Below are positions 49,246 through 58,416 of a stretch of 64,000 bases of DNA, piece after piece; the first letter of the stretch is position 1, and every line of letters starts with the position of its first letter. Source of the stretch: Thermoplasmatota archaeon (GTDB lineage Archaea; Thermoplasmatota; Thermoplasmata; Thermoplasmatales; Thermoplasmataceae). Below the pieces are notes generated by a model that was not told the DNA's origin, made no database searches, and saw nothing but the letters and a program-made list of their open reading frames with translations. The position numbers and the translations under genes were made by a program. The stretch spans positions 372 through 64,371 of the forward strand of contig JAMCUH010000050.1 in NCBI GenBank assembly GCA_023379435.1, in the 5' to 3' direction.

Positions 49246-49902
49246 TTAAGTGAGGAATTTCCTTATTGTCACGAATTCCCTTTCAAATATTTCCTTCCTC
49301 TTCAGACCAGCGAAGTTTACTGTCCTGTAGCTGCTGTCTTCTGATCTGGCAATTCTTGCTGCAGAAAGGGCATTGTTGTGAAGGTTGTGTGGAAAGCTCG
49401 TATTGCTCTCGTCCACGATCTTGACCGGTATTCTCATGACAAGGAGTTCCCGCTCAATGATCTTCCTGTTGGGAAGATCGCCATCGCCGAGCCGGACAAC
49501 ACACTCCTTATAATCATAATCAGACATGATTGTGGATAGCACCCTTGATATCCTGTGCGGATCGACAATCTCGAAGGCTTCAAGGAGAACACTGTCACCC
49601 ATAACCGCGACGCCCGGTCTGGGCCCCGGATCTATGCCTATGACAATTTTGCTGAACTGGCTCTTGCCCATAACTCTCGGGAAAACCTTCCTCATGACAC
49701 CCAGGGGATCATTACCCCTGATCTGAAGAGCCCCCGCATCCGGGTCCCCAAGTGCACTGATAATTATCTGTGCATGTGTTTCCTGTGATGCGGATGTTAA
49801 CTCCTCAAATGGCACATTCATCCTCTTAAGTAGCTGCACTATATTATGATAAAACAGAAAATTTGACGTGAAAACGCCAAGCTTTGGCATCTTATACTCC
49901 AT
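49246..49902 (-). CDS. Hypothetical protein, possible RNase H-fold (RuvC/YqgF-like) nuclease domain
   Basis: In this 218-aa protein, the segment KIVIGIDPGPRPGVAVMGDSVLLEAF resembles the first beta-hairpin/catalytic Asp of RuvC/YqgF-type RNase H-fold proteins (I-G-I-D-P-G-x-x-x-G-x-A). A later RLGDGD and DESNTS could supply further acidic residues. The functional call is weak. Confidence 0.35.
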   Translation of the reverse strand: MEYKMPKLGVFTSNFLFYHNIVQLLKRMNVPFEELTSASQETHAQIIISALGDPDAGALQIRGNDPLGVMRKVFPRVMGKSQFSKIVIGIDPGPRPGVAVMGDSVLLEAFEIVDPHRISRVLSTIMSDYDYKECVVRLGDGDLPNRKIIERELLVMRIPVKIVDESNTSFPHNLHNNALSAARIARSEDSSYRTVNFAGLKRKEIFEREFVTIRKFLT

Positions 49903-49948
49903 ATATCTGTATTCTAAAAACCTTATCCATGGCAGATCACCGTGGCAA

Positions 49949-51286
49949 TCAGAAGCCCCCCCATGTCTCCTTCAGGATCCTGTTGACAGCCTCAATGAAA
50001 ACCTTCTCCTTTCCTTTGGGAATAACTGCGCCGGCTGCTATATCATGTCCTCCCCCACTCCCTCCGACCTCTTCAGACGCATTCTTCATGACGGTTGAAA
50101 GGTTGAGGCCTTTCTGAATCATCCTCCTTGTCCCCCTTGAGGATACGTGGGTGTTTTCGGTGGAGACGTTAAAACCAACCAGGGGTTTGTTCTGTGGTGC
50201 CAAATAAAGCATCAGTGTTCCTGCAATGGAACCGGCCATCTCTGACTCCGGTGCATAAAAATAATTAACATGTGACAGTGAATAGAGCTGGTTTGCTGAC
50301 CTGTAACAATAATCTATCAGCCTTGTCTTGAAGATTTTCCAGTTGTCCAGCATCTCAGCTCGCACACTTTTATCTCCCAGGAAATATTGCATGACCACAC
50401 CGTTTGAATCAAGCCTTGTATTTCCATCGATGATACTGCTTAACTCCTTGGAGTTAAAATCCATTCCTGGGAAATTAAGAACGTCAGCTTCCATTGTCTT
50501 GAGTGCCTCAATACCAACCTCCTGTGAGATAAGTGCCTTTGCCAGCCTTTTTCCGAGGATTCTCTTCTCGTTCTCAGAGAGATCCGCCGGTTTCTTGGCA
50601 GGATCGATATTGAGCTCCTTCAGAAGTAGCGAGCTGTTCTCCTGATTCCCTGTGATTCCCTTATAAAATGGATCTGTGGAATAGACAAGCGCATTGATGA
50701 TGGAATCACCCTCAAGATTCAGAGTATGGTTTTCTCTGTATCTAGAAACAAAGAGATCCCTGAGTGATCTATTCAACCCGGTGAGGCCGCCAAGGTCCTG
50801 CCTGTCTGCAAGAATTCCGGACATGAGAAAAGGGAAGAGATCTGCGTTGTTGCCATCAAGCTCAAGGGCCATCATGAACGCCATTGTGGCACCGCATGCA
50901 TCTCTGGTTCCATCAATACCGTATTTTCTGACGTTTATATTCAGGGCCTTTGTGCCGCTGTCAGAATAGAAATGATGGTCAAGAACGATTATGTTATCCG
51001 TCCTGTCAAGAAACCTGAGCTGATCTGAACCTGCATCGGAAATGATAATGAGAGAGCTTTCATGATCAATCAGTGCATTGAATGAAGGGCCGTCAAGTGC
51101 CTTAACAAAACTCAGATGAAATTTTATTCCAAGCCGCTTCAGTGCATTTGTAAGTATAATTGCTGCACTCGTGCCGTCACCATCATAATGGCAAAGGAGA
51201 CGCACCTGTTCGTTCTCATGGATAAGATCCGACGCCTTTTTCAAATCTGCCTGAAATTCGTCGGAGATCAGGCCATTGAAATCCAT
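49949..51286 (-). CDS. DHH/DHHA1 phosphoesterase, archaeal RecJ/Cdc45-like (GAN-type) nuclease
   Basis: DHH motifs I-IV are HYDGDGTSAA, IISDAGS, VLDHH and the DHHA1 GGGHDIAAGA. I use the ATG at 51286, which gives a TAATG 1-nt overlap with the S15 stop. The track start at 51310 would overlap S15 by 25 nt. Confidence 0.85.
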   Translation of the reverse strand: MDFNGLISDEFQADLKKASDLIHENEQVRLLCHYDGDGTSAAIILTNALKRLGIKFHLSFVKALDGPSFNALIDHESSLIIISDAGSDQLRFLDRTDNIIVLDHHFYSDSGTKALNINVRKYGIDGTRDACGATMAFMMALELDGNNADLFPFLMSGILADRQDLGGLTGLNRSLRDLFVSRYRENHTLNLEGDSIINALVYSTDPFYKGITGNQENSSLLLKELNIDPAKKPADLSENEKRILGKRLAKALISQEVGIEALKTMEADVLNFPGMDFNSKELSSIIDGNTRLDSNGVVMQYFLGDKSVRAEMLDNWKIFKTRLIDYCYRSANQLYSLSHVNYFYAPESEMAGSIAGTLMLYLAPQNKPLVGFNVSTENTHVSSRGTRRMIQKGLNLSTVMKNASEEVGGSGGGHDIAAGAVIPKGKEKVFIEAVNRILKETWGGF

Positions 51287-51723
51287 TACAGTGCTTTCTC
51301 TACGTTCCATTCTGCAGGAAGCCTTCCCTCTCGTTTATAATATTTAACAAGTCTAAGGATTTTAGCCATTATAAGGGATCTACCCCTGCTGTTGCTCATA
51401 TCGTTCTTGTTAAGAGCCATGTGCTTTGTAACGTTTTTGTACCTCTTTATGAGATTTGCAAGATCTTCTGGAATATCGTCAGTGATACCCTTCTCAGTGA
51501 GAATCTGGCCTATCTTCTTTCCCACAATGCTCTTTGTTGAAGGAATTGCGTGCTGATCCCTGAGTTTGATTCCTATAACGGAGTTGGGGACCTTCTCTGA
51601 TTTCATCTGCACCACAAGATCTATAATCTCGGAGTCGGACAATGTAATCCACTCGTGCCTTCCCGTATCGTATATCTTATGGGATCCAGATTTTCCCCTC
51701 TTCCTTGTGTGCATTCTGGCCAT
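51286..51723 (-). CDS. rps15: 30S ribosomal protein S15 (uS15, S13e type)
   Basis: The N-terminus MARMHTRKRGKSGSH and the C-terminal LIMAKILRLVKYYKREGRLPAEW are typical of archaeal S15P. Confidence 0.95.
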   Translation of the reverse strand: MARMHTRKRGKSGSHKIYDTGRHEWITLSDSEIIDLVVQMKSEKVPNSVIGIKLRDQHAIPSTKSIVGKKIGQILTEKGITDDIPEDLANLIKRYKNVTKHMALNKNDMSNSRGRSLIMAKILRLVKYYKREGRLPAEWNVEKAL

Positions 51724-51970
51724 ATGCTAACCTTCATGGTTCATGTTATTCATATTAATTACATTTTCTTCAATGTGACGCTGCCAAAAATTAATTGATC
51801 TTTTATTCATAATATGGCTCTCAATCTTGCGAATCAGTTACAGACACTTTCACTTCCTTATCTAAACGCATTTTTAATCAATAAATGTCATTAGCAGGAA
51901 AGTATTTTATCAACTGAAAACCAACAGATCTTCAATGTCAGTTCACTGAAATGGTAATCTTCATTGGTAT

Positions 51971-52636
51971 CTAGAGACCCACATACGTTTCATATGCAGC
52001 AATTATCTCTCCTGCAACTGTCCATATTGTCAGTTCCTGGTCAAATATTGACACTCTCCTGCCAATATGTGAAAGATCAGAAATATAATCCCCTGATGTA
52101 AATCCCCCAATGACAAATGTCTGATCCCTTGCTTCAACGAGATTGTTTCTTGAAACATGTTCTCCGGAAGGCCACATCACGGTTACTTTTCCACTTCCAT
52201 AAGACTTGATAGATTCAATGGCAGATTTTTTCTCCGTACTGAAAAGCACATCTTCACCAGATCTGATTTCACCAAGTTCGAAGAGCTGTTCCATGAGACC
52301 TGCAAACCTGTTGTATGATTTGGGTATCCTGGTCTCTGGGTTTACCTTAATGAGAATGTCGTTTCTTGTGTGAATAAATACGGACAGCTCACCAAGAATA
52401 TTGATTATGGAGCTATTTAGCACGTTGAGAAGAATATGGAAAATGTCTGGCCTGCCCCTTCTTTTTGAAGAACTGGGAAAATATGCGTCAATTGAACGGT
52501 GGAGGAGGCTGGAATCAAGAAGCAGGTTACCAGGTTTCTTTTTTCTTTTTTTGGAGAGTTGCGTAACTGCGTCATCCTTCCACATTTCCTCCGGGATGGT
52601 TTCAAGCTCGGAATCCACAAAGAAAAGCGTCAGCAT
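51971..52636 (-). CDS. nep1: Ribosomal RNA small subunit pseudouridine-N1 methyltransferase Nep1 (Emg1)
   Basis: This is a SPOUT-fold Nep1 pattern. Motifs are FVDSELETIPEE, LLDSSLLHRSI and RGRPDIFHILLNVLNSSIN. The 221-aa length fits. Confidence 0.8.
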   Translation of the reverse strand: MLTLFFVDSELETIPEEMWKDDAVTQLSKKRKKKPGNLLLDSSLLHRSIDAYFPSSSKRRGRPDIFHILLNVLNSSIINILGELSVFIHTRNDILIKVNPETRIPKSYNRFAGLMEQLFELGEIRSGEDVLFSTEKKSAIESIKSYGSGKVTVMWPSGEHVSRNNLVEARDQTFVIGGFTSGDYISDLSHIGRRVSIFDQELTIWTVAGEIIAAYETYVGL

Positions 52637-52655
52637 GATACATCATTGCGATGAG

Positions 52656-53579
52656 TCAGATATTTTTGTTCCTGAGAAGCCACAGAAGCAGAGCCTTCTC
52701 GGTGTGCAGCCTGTTCTCTGCCTGCTGAAATACGTAGCTGTTCGGTCCATCTATTATTTCCTCTGAAACCTCGAGTCCCCGGTGGGCAGGAAGGCAGTGA
52801 AGAAACATATAATCCTTTCTTGCCCTTGCAATCAGCTGCCTGTTGACCTGAAAGCCCTCAAAGTACCTCTCCTTCCTTTCCTTTCTGTCTTCCTCACCCA
52901 TGGAAACCCACACATCCGTATATATAACATCGGCACCGTTCATATCATTCGCAGGATCATGGGATATGGTAAGAACCGCATTCTTTTCCCTGGCCATCTC
53001 CTTTGCCATCATGAAGATTGTTGGGTCAGGGCCAAAATCCTGCGGTGTGCTTGCTATCATGTTGATCCCGAGTATTGCGCATGCGTAAAGGAGAGAATTT
53101 GTAACGTTATTTCCGTCGCCAACATATACAAGCTTGAGGCCAGATAGTTTCCCCTTGACCTCCTTTATGGTCATGAAATCGGCAAGCATCTGAACCGGAT
53201 GCTCAATGTCATCAAGTGCGTTGATGACCGGAACCGTACTGTTCCTTGCCAGAGTTACCATATTATGGTGCTTGAAGGCCCTGTAGGCAATAACATCCAC
53301 GAAAGATGATAATACCCTGGCAGTATCCTCAATCGTCTCACCTCTGCCCAGCTGCATGTCGGAAGGGTTAAGGACAATGGAGTGACCGCCAAGCTGGTCC
53401 ATGGCAACCTGGAAAGAAACCCTTGTTCTCGTACTTGGTTTCTCAAAAATCATGGCAAGGGTTTTATTGTCAGCCTCAGGATATCTCCTGTATCTTTCTT
53501 TCTTGAGATCAATGGCCAGATCAATGATCTTCTCAAAGTCCTGCTGCATGTCCCTTACAGAAAGAATATCCTTACCCAT
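52656..53579 (-). CDS. argF: Ornithine carbamoyltransferase
   Basis: Motifs are FEKPSTRTRVSF (carbamoyl-phosphate site), HPVQMLAD, DVWVSMGEE (the OTCase SMG motif) and HCLPAHRGLEV. I use the ATG at 53579. The track start at 53588 is GTG and overlaps the sucD stop as GTGA, and it is equally possible. Confidence 0.9.
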   Translation of the reverse strand: MGKDILSVRDMQQDFEKIIDLAIDLKKERYRRYPEADNKTLAMIFEKPSTRTRVSFQVAMDQLGGHSIVLNPSDMQLGRGETIEDTARVLSSFVDVIAYRAFKHHNMVTLARNSTVPVINALDDIEHPVQMLADFMTIKEVKGKLSGLKLVYVGDGNNVTNSLLYACAILGINMIASTPQDFGPDPTIFMMAKEMAREKNAVLTISHDPANDMNGADVIYTDVWVSMGEEDRKERKERYFEGFQVNRQLIARARKDYMFLHCLPAHRGLEVSEEIIDGPNSYVFQQAENRLHTEKALLLWLLRNKNI

Positions 53580-53584
53580 GCGCT

Positions 53585-54436
53585 TCACCCCAGATACTTT
53601 GGAACATCGTCCGGGTAGTCTGCGACCTTGACACCAACGGAATTGAATGCCTTTATCTTTGACTCTGCTGTTCCAACACCTTTCTCTATTATGGCGCCCG
53701 CATGGCCCATTCTTTTTCCAGGAGGCGCACTCCTCCCTGTTATGTAGGCAACGACCTTCTTCTTCACATGGTCCCGTATGTATTCGGCCGCCTTTTCCTC
53801 ATTGCTCCCTCCTATTTCCCCGACAAGTACAATTCTCTTGGTATCCGGATCGTTCTCGAAGACCTTGAGAACATCTACGAATGTGAGACCAACAACAGGA
53901 TCTCCACCAAGACCAACAACAGTGCTCTCACCGTAGCCGGCCCTTGTTATGGAATCCACTATTTCGTAAGTTAGGGTACCGCTTCTGGATGCAACGGCAA
54001 CGTCTCCCTTCCTGAATATCTGGTTCGGCATTATGCCGATCTTGGAGTAACCGGGTCTTGTCACTCCGGGCCCGTTGGGACCAAGAAGTGTGACACTCCT
54101 GAGACTGGCCTGATGAAAGATTTCCATTGTATCGTGGAATGGAACCTTCTCAGTGAGTATGTATATGAGTTTGACACCCGCATCTATGGCTTCATATGCA
54201 GCATCCTTGACAAATGGCGCAGGAACTGCGATCATTGATGCGTTTGGCTCATAGTCCATGGCCTCTCTCATGCTGTTAACAATGGGCACATCGTGTATTT
54301 TTTCACCTTTCTTCCCAGGTGTAACACCGGCAACAACCTTTGTTCCGAACTTGATCATTTCAGCAGTGTGAAATGAACCCTGATGCCCCGTAATTCCCTG
54401 GACGACCACCCTTGTGTTCTCATCGACATAAGCCAT
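53585..54436 (-). CDS. sucD: Succinyl-CoA synthetase (ADP-forming) alpha subunit
   Basis: Motifs are VVVQGITGHQG, SRSGTLTYE and the phosphohistidine loop GHAGAII. It overlaps sucC by 1 nt (TAATG). Confidence 0.95.
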   Translation of the reverse strand: MAYVDENTRVVVQGITGHQGSFHTAEMIKFGTKVVAGVTPGKKGEKIHDVPIVNSMREAMDYEPNASMIAVPAPFVKDAAYEAIDAGVKLIYILTEKVPFHDTMEIFHQASLRSVTLLGPNGPGVTRPGYSKIGIMPNQIFRKGDVAVASRSGTLTYEIVDSITRAGYGESTVVGLGGDPVVGLTFVDVLKVFENDPDTKRIVLVGEIGGSNEEKAAEYIRDHVKKKVVAYITGRSAPPGKRMGHAGAIIEKGVGTAESKIKAFNSVGVKVADYPDDVPKYLG

Positions 54437-55542
54437 TATGCCGTCACCGCCTTGTTTACAACTGCCTCAATGGCAGGCATCATCTGTGAGTATGCATCTA
54501 TGCCGCTCTTCTTCAGTATTTCTCTGCCTTCCTCTTCATGGACACCACTCAGCCTTACAACTATGGGCTGTTTTATATTGAATTTCTCCTTGGCGGAAGC
54601 AATTCCGGAAGCAACTGTATCACATTTCGTGACGCCGCCGAATATATTCACCAGAATGGCAGAAGGTTTCGCTTTTAGAACGAGATCAAAGGCGGTAATT
54701 ACAATATCCACTGAGTCTGTTCCACCCAGATCCAGAAAGTTTCTAGGTCTGCCCTTGTGCAGTGTGAGAGCATCAAGTGTTGCCATGGTGAGACCTGCTC
54801 CATTTGCTATTACACCTATGTTTCCGTCAAGTTCAACGAACGCGTAACCTTTTGATTGCGCCTCCAGTTCAAGAGGGGTCTTCTCCGGATCTGTTATGTT
54901 AATGTCCCTGTGCCTGTACATTGAGTCGGTATCCATTACTATCTTTGAATCGGCTGCTATCATCTTCCCCTCCTTTGTGATTACAAGGGGATTGATTTCA
55001 ACAAGCTCGCAGTCTTCCCCAACATAAACATTGTAGAGATTCCTCAGTATTGACATGAAATCCTTTGAAATATCCTTGCTGAGGCCAAGAAACTGGGAGA
55101 TTTCTCTGCCAAGATAATCTGAATAACCGAGGATGGGATCAACAAGTCTCTTTATTATTTTATCCTCAGGCACGGATTCAATCTCCACACCTCCCTGGGC
55201 ACTGGCAATTATGATTGGCCTTCTGTCAGGTCTGCTTAGAGCTATGCTCAGATAAAATTCGTGGTCAATGTTTATCATTTCCTCGATAAGAACCTTCTTG
55301 ACCTCAAGACCTCTTATCTTTGACCCGAGAAGCTGGCCAGTGAAATCTTTCAGCTCATCCGCATTTCTGGCAAATTTTATTCCACCGGACTTTCCTCTTC
55401 CACCCAGAAGAATCTGTGATTTAACCGCAACAGGTTTCTCAAAAGGTTTAAGTTCCGAAAGTTTTTCAACGACATAGCCGTCAGGAACAGGTATTCCGCT
55501 GCTCCTGAAAATGTTCTTTCCCATATACTCATAAAGATTCAA
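54436..55542 (-). CDS. sucC: Succinyl-CoA synthetase beta subunit
   Basis: The ATP-grasp N-terminus MNLYEYMGKNIF matches the conserved MNLHEYQAK-type start. This supports the TTG initiation codon at 55542. Also present are VKSQILLGGRGKSGGIKF and GNIGVIANGAGLTMATLD. Confidence 0.95.
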   Translation of the reverse strand: MNLYEYMGKNIFRSSGIPVPDGYVVEKLSELKPFEKPVAVKSQILLGGRGKSGGIKFARNADELKDFTGQLLGSKIRGLEVKKVLIEEMINIDHEFYLSIALSRPDRRPIIIASAQGGVEIESVPEDKIIKRLVDPILGYSDYLGREISQFLGLSKDISKDFMSILRNLYNVYVGEDCELVEINPLVITKEGKMIAADSKIVMDTDSMYRHRDINITDPEKTPLELEAQSKGYAFVELDGNIGVIANGAGLTMATLDALTLHKGRPRNFLDLGGTDSVDIVITAFDLVLKAKPSAILVNIFGGVTKCDTVASGIASAKEKFNIKQPIVVRLSGVHEEEGREILKKSGIDAYSQMMPAIEAVVNKAVTA

Positions 55543-56049
55543 AAATATCTCCCTTCCCTTATAGCTCGAAAAGATAAATAATATTTCTCACTCTTTGTCA
55601 ATGTGTGTCATTTTATCCCATTGATAAACGGTAAATCGAATAGATTGACTTAGATTAGCATGGGGCCGCTATTGATAAAGCCTGAATGATTGCTTGAAAA
55701 CAAGACATGGAAACATGCATAAATTAGAGATTCAGGAATGGAAAAGGGAACACGTGTTCAAAGTGGTATAGAAATGCATAAAGAAATCTGTTATATTGGA
55801 GAAATGTGGGATGAACTGCAAGACAGTATGCAACTTTCCAGTAAAAATGGTGCGGAGTGGAAGCTGACATGACATGAAGCAGCAGGGAAAAGCTTAGAAG
55901 TATAATCAGAGGATCAAACCTTCCCTTATCAGGAGAAAATGCAACAAAGACAACATAATGGGATTGAAACTTACATCACGAAAGGGATAAAATGTTATTT
56001 TTCATATATTCATAAAAATTGGGATTGTAAATTATTTTTAAACAGTTCC

Positions 56050-57693
56050 TCAGTATGGAGGCATTCCGCCCGGCATGCCACCCATTCCTCCGGGTCCGCC
56101 TGCTCCTCCCTCGGGGGCACTTGACTTTTTGCTGGCTATGACATCATCTATCCTCAGGATCATGGTTGCAACTTCAACTGCACCCTCAAAGGCATGCCTC
56201 TTCACTCTGAGCGGGTCAAAAACGCCCTCCTTCTCCATGTCACCCACCTTGTTCTCTGAGATGAGTATACCATAGTTCTTGTGTCCCTTCTCGTGCTCAG
56301 CCTTGAGCTTTATCAGTGTGTTTATTGGATCCATTCCCGCGTTCTCAGCCAGCGTTCTTGGTACAATTTCCATGGCCTTGGCAAATGCCTCAATTGCGAG
56401 CTGCTCCCTTCCACCGACTTTGGCTGCAAGAGATTTCAGCCTCAGGGAAAGCTCAGCCTCAATCGCACCTCCGCCTGCAAAGAACTTGCCGTCCTCCTTG
56501 GTTATGGAGACAACCCTTATGGCATCGTTTAGGCTCCTCTCAATTTCGGAAACAACATGATCGGTTCCTCCCCTGATCAGAATGCTGACGGCCTTGGGGT
56601 TAGCGCATCCTGTAACAAATGTCATCCTGTCATCTCCGATCTTCCTTTCCTCCACCATCTCGGATTTTCCAAGTGATGATGTTGTTAGGTCATCGAGATT
56701 TGTAACAATCTTGGCTCCAGTTGCCTTGGCCAGTTTCTCCATGTCGCTCTTCTTTACCCTCCTCACGGCATATATACCTTCCTTTGCAAGGAAGTGCTGG
56801 GCAAGGTCATCAATTCCCTTCTGGCACAATACCACATTGGCACCGCTCTTCTTTATCTTCTCCACCATCTTTTTGAAGGTGTCTGATTCCTGGTCAAGAA
56901 GGTCATGAATCTTTGATGGGTCAGATATCTGGACCTTTGCCTCTATTTCGGTCTTCTTTATTTCAAGTGCTGAGTCAATGAGAGCGATCTTTGCCCCCTT
57001 GACCAGTGAGGGCATCTTTGGATGCACCTTCTCCTTGTCAATAACGAGACCACTGATGAACTGAGTATCCTCCACAGCACCTCCGTTCTTCTTATCCACC
57101 TTTATGTTAGAAGGATCAACAACAACCTTTCCGTCCCTCTTGTCTGCAACCGCATTGACTGCCTTTACAACAAGATCGGCAAAGAATTCATGTGAAAGAC
57201 CGGCATTCTTTCCGGATAACGCGGTAAGTGCGATTTTCCTTAGTGTGGAGTCATCCGTGGCTGAGATGGCAAGTTCGTCCATATATTTCCTTACCTCGTT
57301 CATGGCCATCCTGAATCCATTTGTTATAACTGTTGAGTGAACGCCCTGATCTATGAGTGTCTCTGCCTGTTTGAGCAGCTCTCCCGCAAGTATTACTGCA
57401 GTTGTAGTACCGTCGCCCACCGCACTGTCCTGTGCCTTGGCAACTTCAACAATCATCTTTGCTGTGGGATGATCGACATCCATTTCTTTTAAAACTGTAG
57501 CTCCATCGTTTGATACCACAATGTCACCGATTGAATCCACAAGCATCTTGTCCATGCCCTTTGGACCAAGTGTGGTTCTAATGGCATCGGCAATAGCCTT
57601 TGCGGCTTCTATATTTGATTTCTGTGCATTCTTTCCCTGCTCTCTTGATGTACCCTCTTTCAGTATTAAAATCGGCATCTGACCTGATAGCAT
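56050..57693 (-). CDS. ths: Thermosome subunit (group II chaperonin)
   Basis: [54 protein letters not shown]...GDGTTTAV closely follows the T. acidophilum thermosome N-terminus as I remember it. The C-terminal tail is the GGM type ([19 protein letters not shown]). I chose the start at 57693 because GAGGTG lies 8 nt upstream of it. The track ORF extends 36 codons further upstream. Confidence 0.97.
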   Translation of the reverse strand: MLSGQMPILILKEGTSREQGKNAQKSNIEAAKAIADAIRTTLGPKGMDKMLVDSIGDIVVSNDGATVLKEMDVDHPTAKMIVEVAKAQDSAVGDGTTTAVILAGELLKQAETLIDQGVHSTVITNGFRMAMNEVRKYMDELAISATDDSTLRKIALTALSGKNAGLSHEFFADLVVKAVNAVADKRDGKVVVDPSNIKVDKKNGGAVEDTQFISGLVIDKEKVHPKMPSLVKGAKIALIDSALEIKKTEIEAKVQISDPSKIHDLLDQESDTFKKMVEKIKKSGANVVLCQKGIDDLAQHFLAKEGIYAVRRVKKSDMEKLAKATGAKIVTNLDDLTTSSLGKSEMVEERKIGDDRMTFVTGCANPKAVSILIRGGTDHVVSEIERSLNDAIRVVSITKEDGKFFAGGGAIEAELSLRLKSLAAKVGGREQLAIEAFAKAMEIVPRTLAENAGMDPINTLIKLKAEHEKGHKNYGILISENKVGDMEKEGVFDPLRVKRHAFEGAVEVATMILRIDDVIASKKSSAPEGGAGGPGGMGGMPGGMPPY

Positions 57694-57897
57694 TTTGATT
57701 ACACCTCTGTGTTCTGGCACATAAATATGTTCTTCTATATAAGTATTGCTATATGCACAATTTACTGTCGAATCGGCGAAATTAGGATATCCACGTGACA
57801 AAACTTAACTTTGTATAAATGATGCGGATCATTCGCGTTCATGCCGTTACTGATTTAAATCACATTGAAATGCATTAACACGGTTAGTTCAGTTACT

Positions 57898-58416
57898 ATG
57901 ATCCAAAAGACAGCTCCAAGGATAGTGTTCATTGATCTGAGGCAGGATGACCCGCGTAGATCGACCATGAGAAAACTGGCACGTTTCGGTATGGCAACCG
58001 TTGTTTCAAGGATCCAGATTTGCAGATCAATTGTTATGAACCCATTTTCAGCAGAAGTCCTTACCGGCTGTGACTCCGACATCGCAGTGAAGAGTGGAAT
58101 AGGTGTTGTGGAGGGCTCCTGGAAAAGAATTGGGAATGAGGAGCTACCCAAGTGCAGGTTCCAGAGAAGGCTGCCTTTGCTTGTTCCTGTGAATCCGGTT
58201 AACTACGGGCATGTTGGTCTTATGAGTTCCGCTGAAGCAGTGGCTGCGGCACTTTACATCACTGGTTTTCATGAAATGGCAGAATCCGTAATGGGCAAAT
58301 TTAGCTGGGGAAAGGAGTTCATTGGGTTAAACTATCCCTACCTTTCTGGATACATAAAATGTAAAGATCAGAAATGCATTGAGGAATATGAGAGAAGGTA
58401 TTTCAATCTTCCCTGA
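57898..58416 (+). CDS. tsr3: 16S rRNA aminocarboxypropyltransferase Tsr3 (DUF367)
   Basis: The protein reads PRIVFIDLRQDDPRRSTMRKLARFGMA...VEGSWKRI...LLVPVNPVNYG...LSSAEAVAAALYITG. This matches the Tsr3 pattern (D-D-P-K/R-x-x-T, then NPVNYG and S-x-E-A-x-A-A-A-L). The track start at 57865 is TTG, and the first ATG is at 57898. Confidence 0.75.
   Translation: MIQKTAPRIVFIDLRQDDPRRSTMRKLARFGMATVVSRIQICRSIVMNPFSAEVLTGCDSDIAVKSGIGVVEGSWKRIGNEELPKCRFQRRLPLLVPVNPVNYGHVGLMSSAEAVAAALYITGFHEMAESVMGKFSWGKEFIGLNYPYLSGYIKCKDQKCIEEYERRYFNLP

Noticed and set aside
57694-57801. A 36-codon N-terminal extension of the thermosome ORF in the track (MSRGYPNFADSTVNCAYSNTYIEEHIYVPEHRGVIK).
   Set aside because: Homology starts at [21 protein letters not shown] Shine-Dalgarno-like element lies 8 nt upstream of the ATG at 57693, and a TATA-like CTTATATAG lies about 46 nt upstream. 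The extension would contain both, so it is most likely 5' UTR and promoter.
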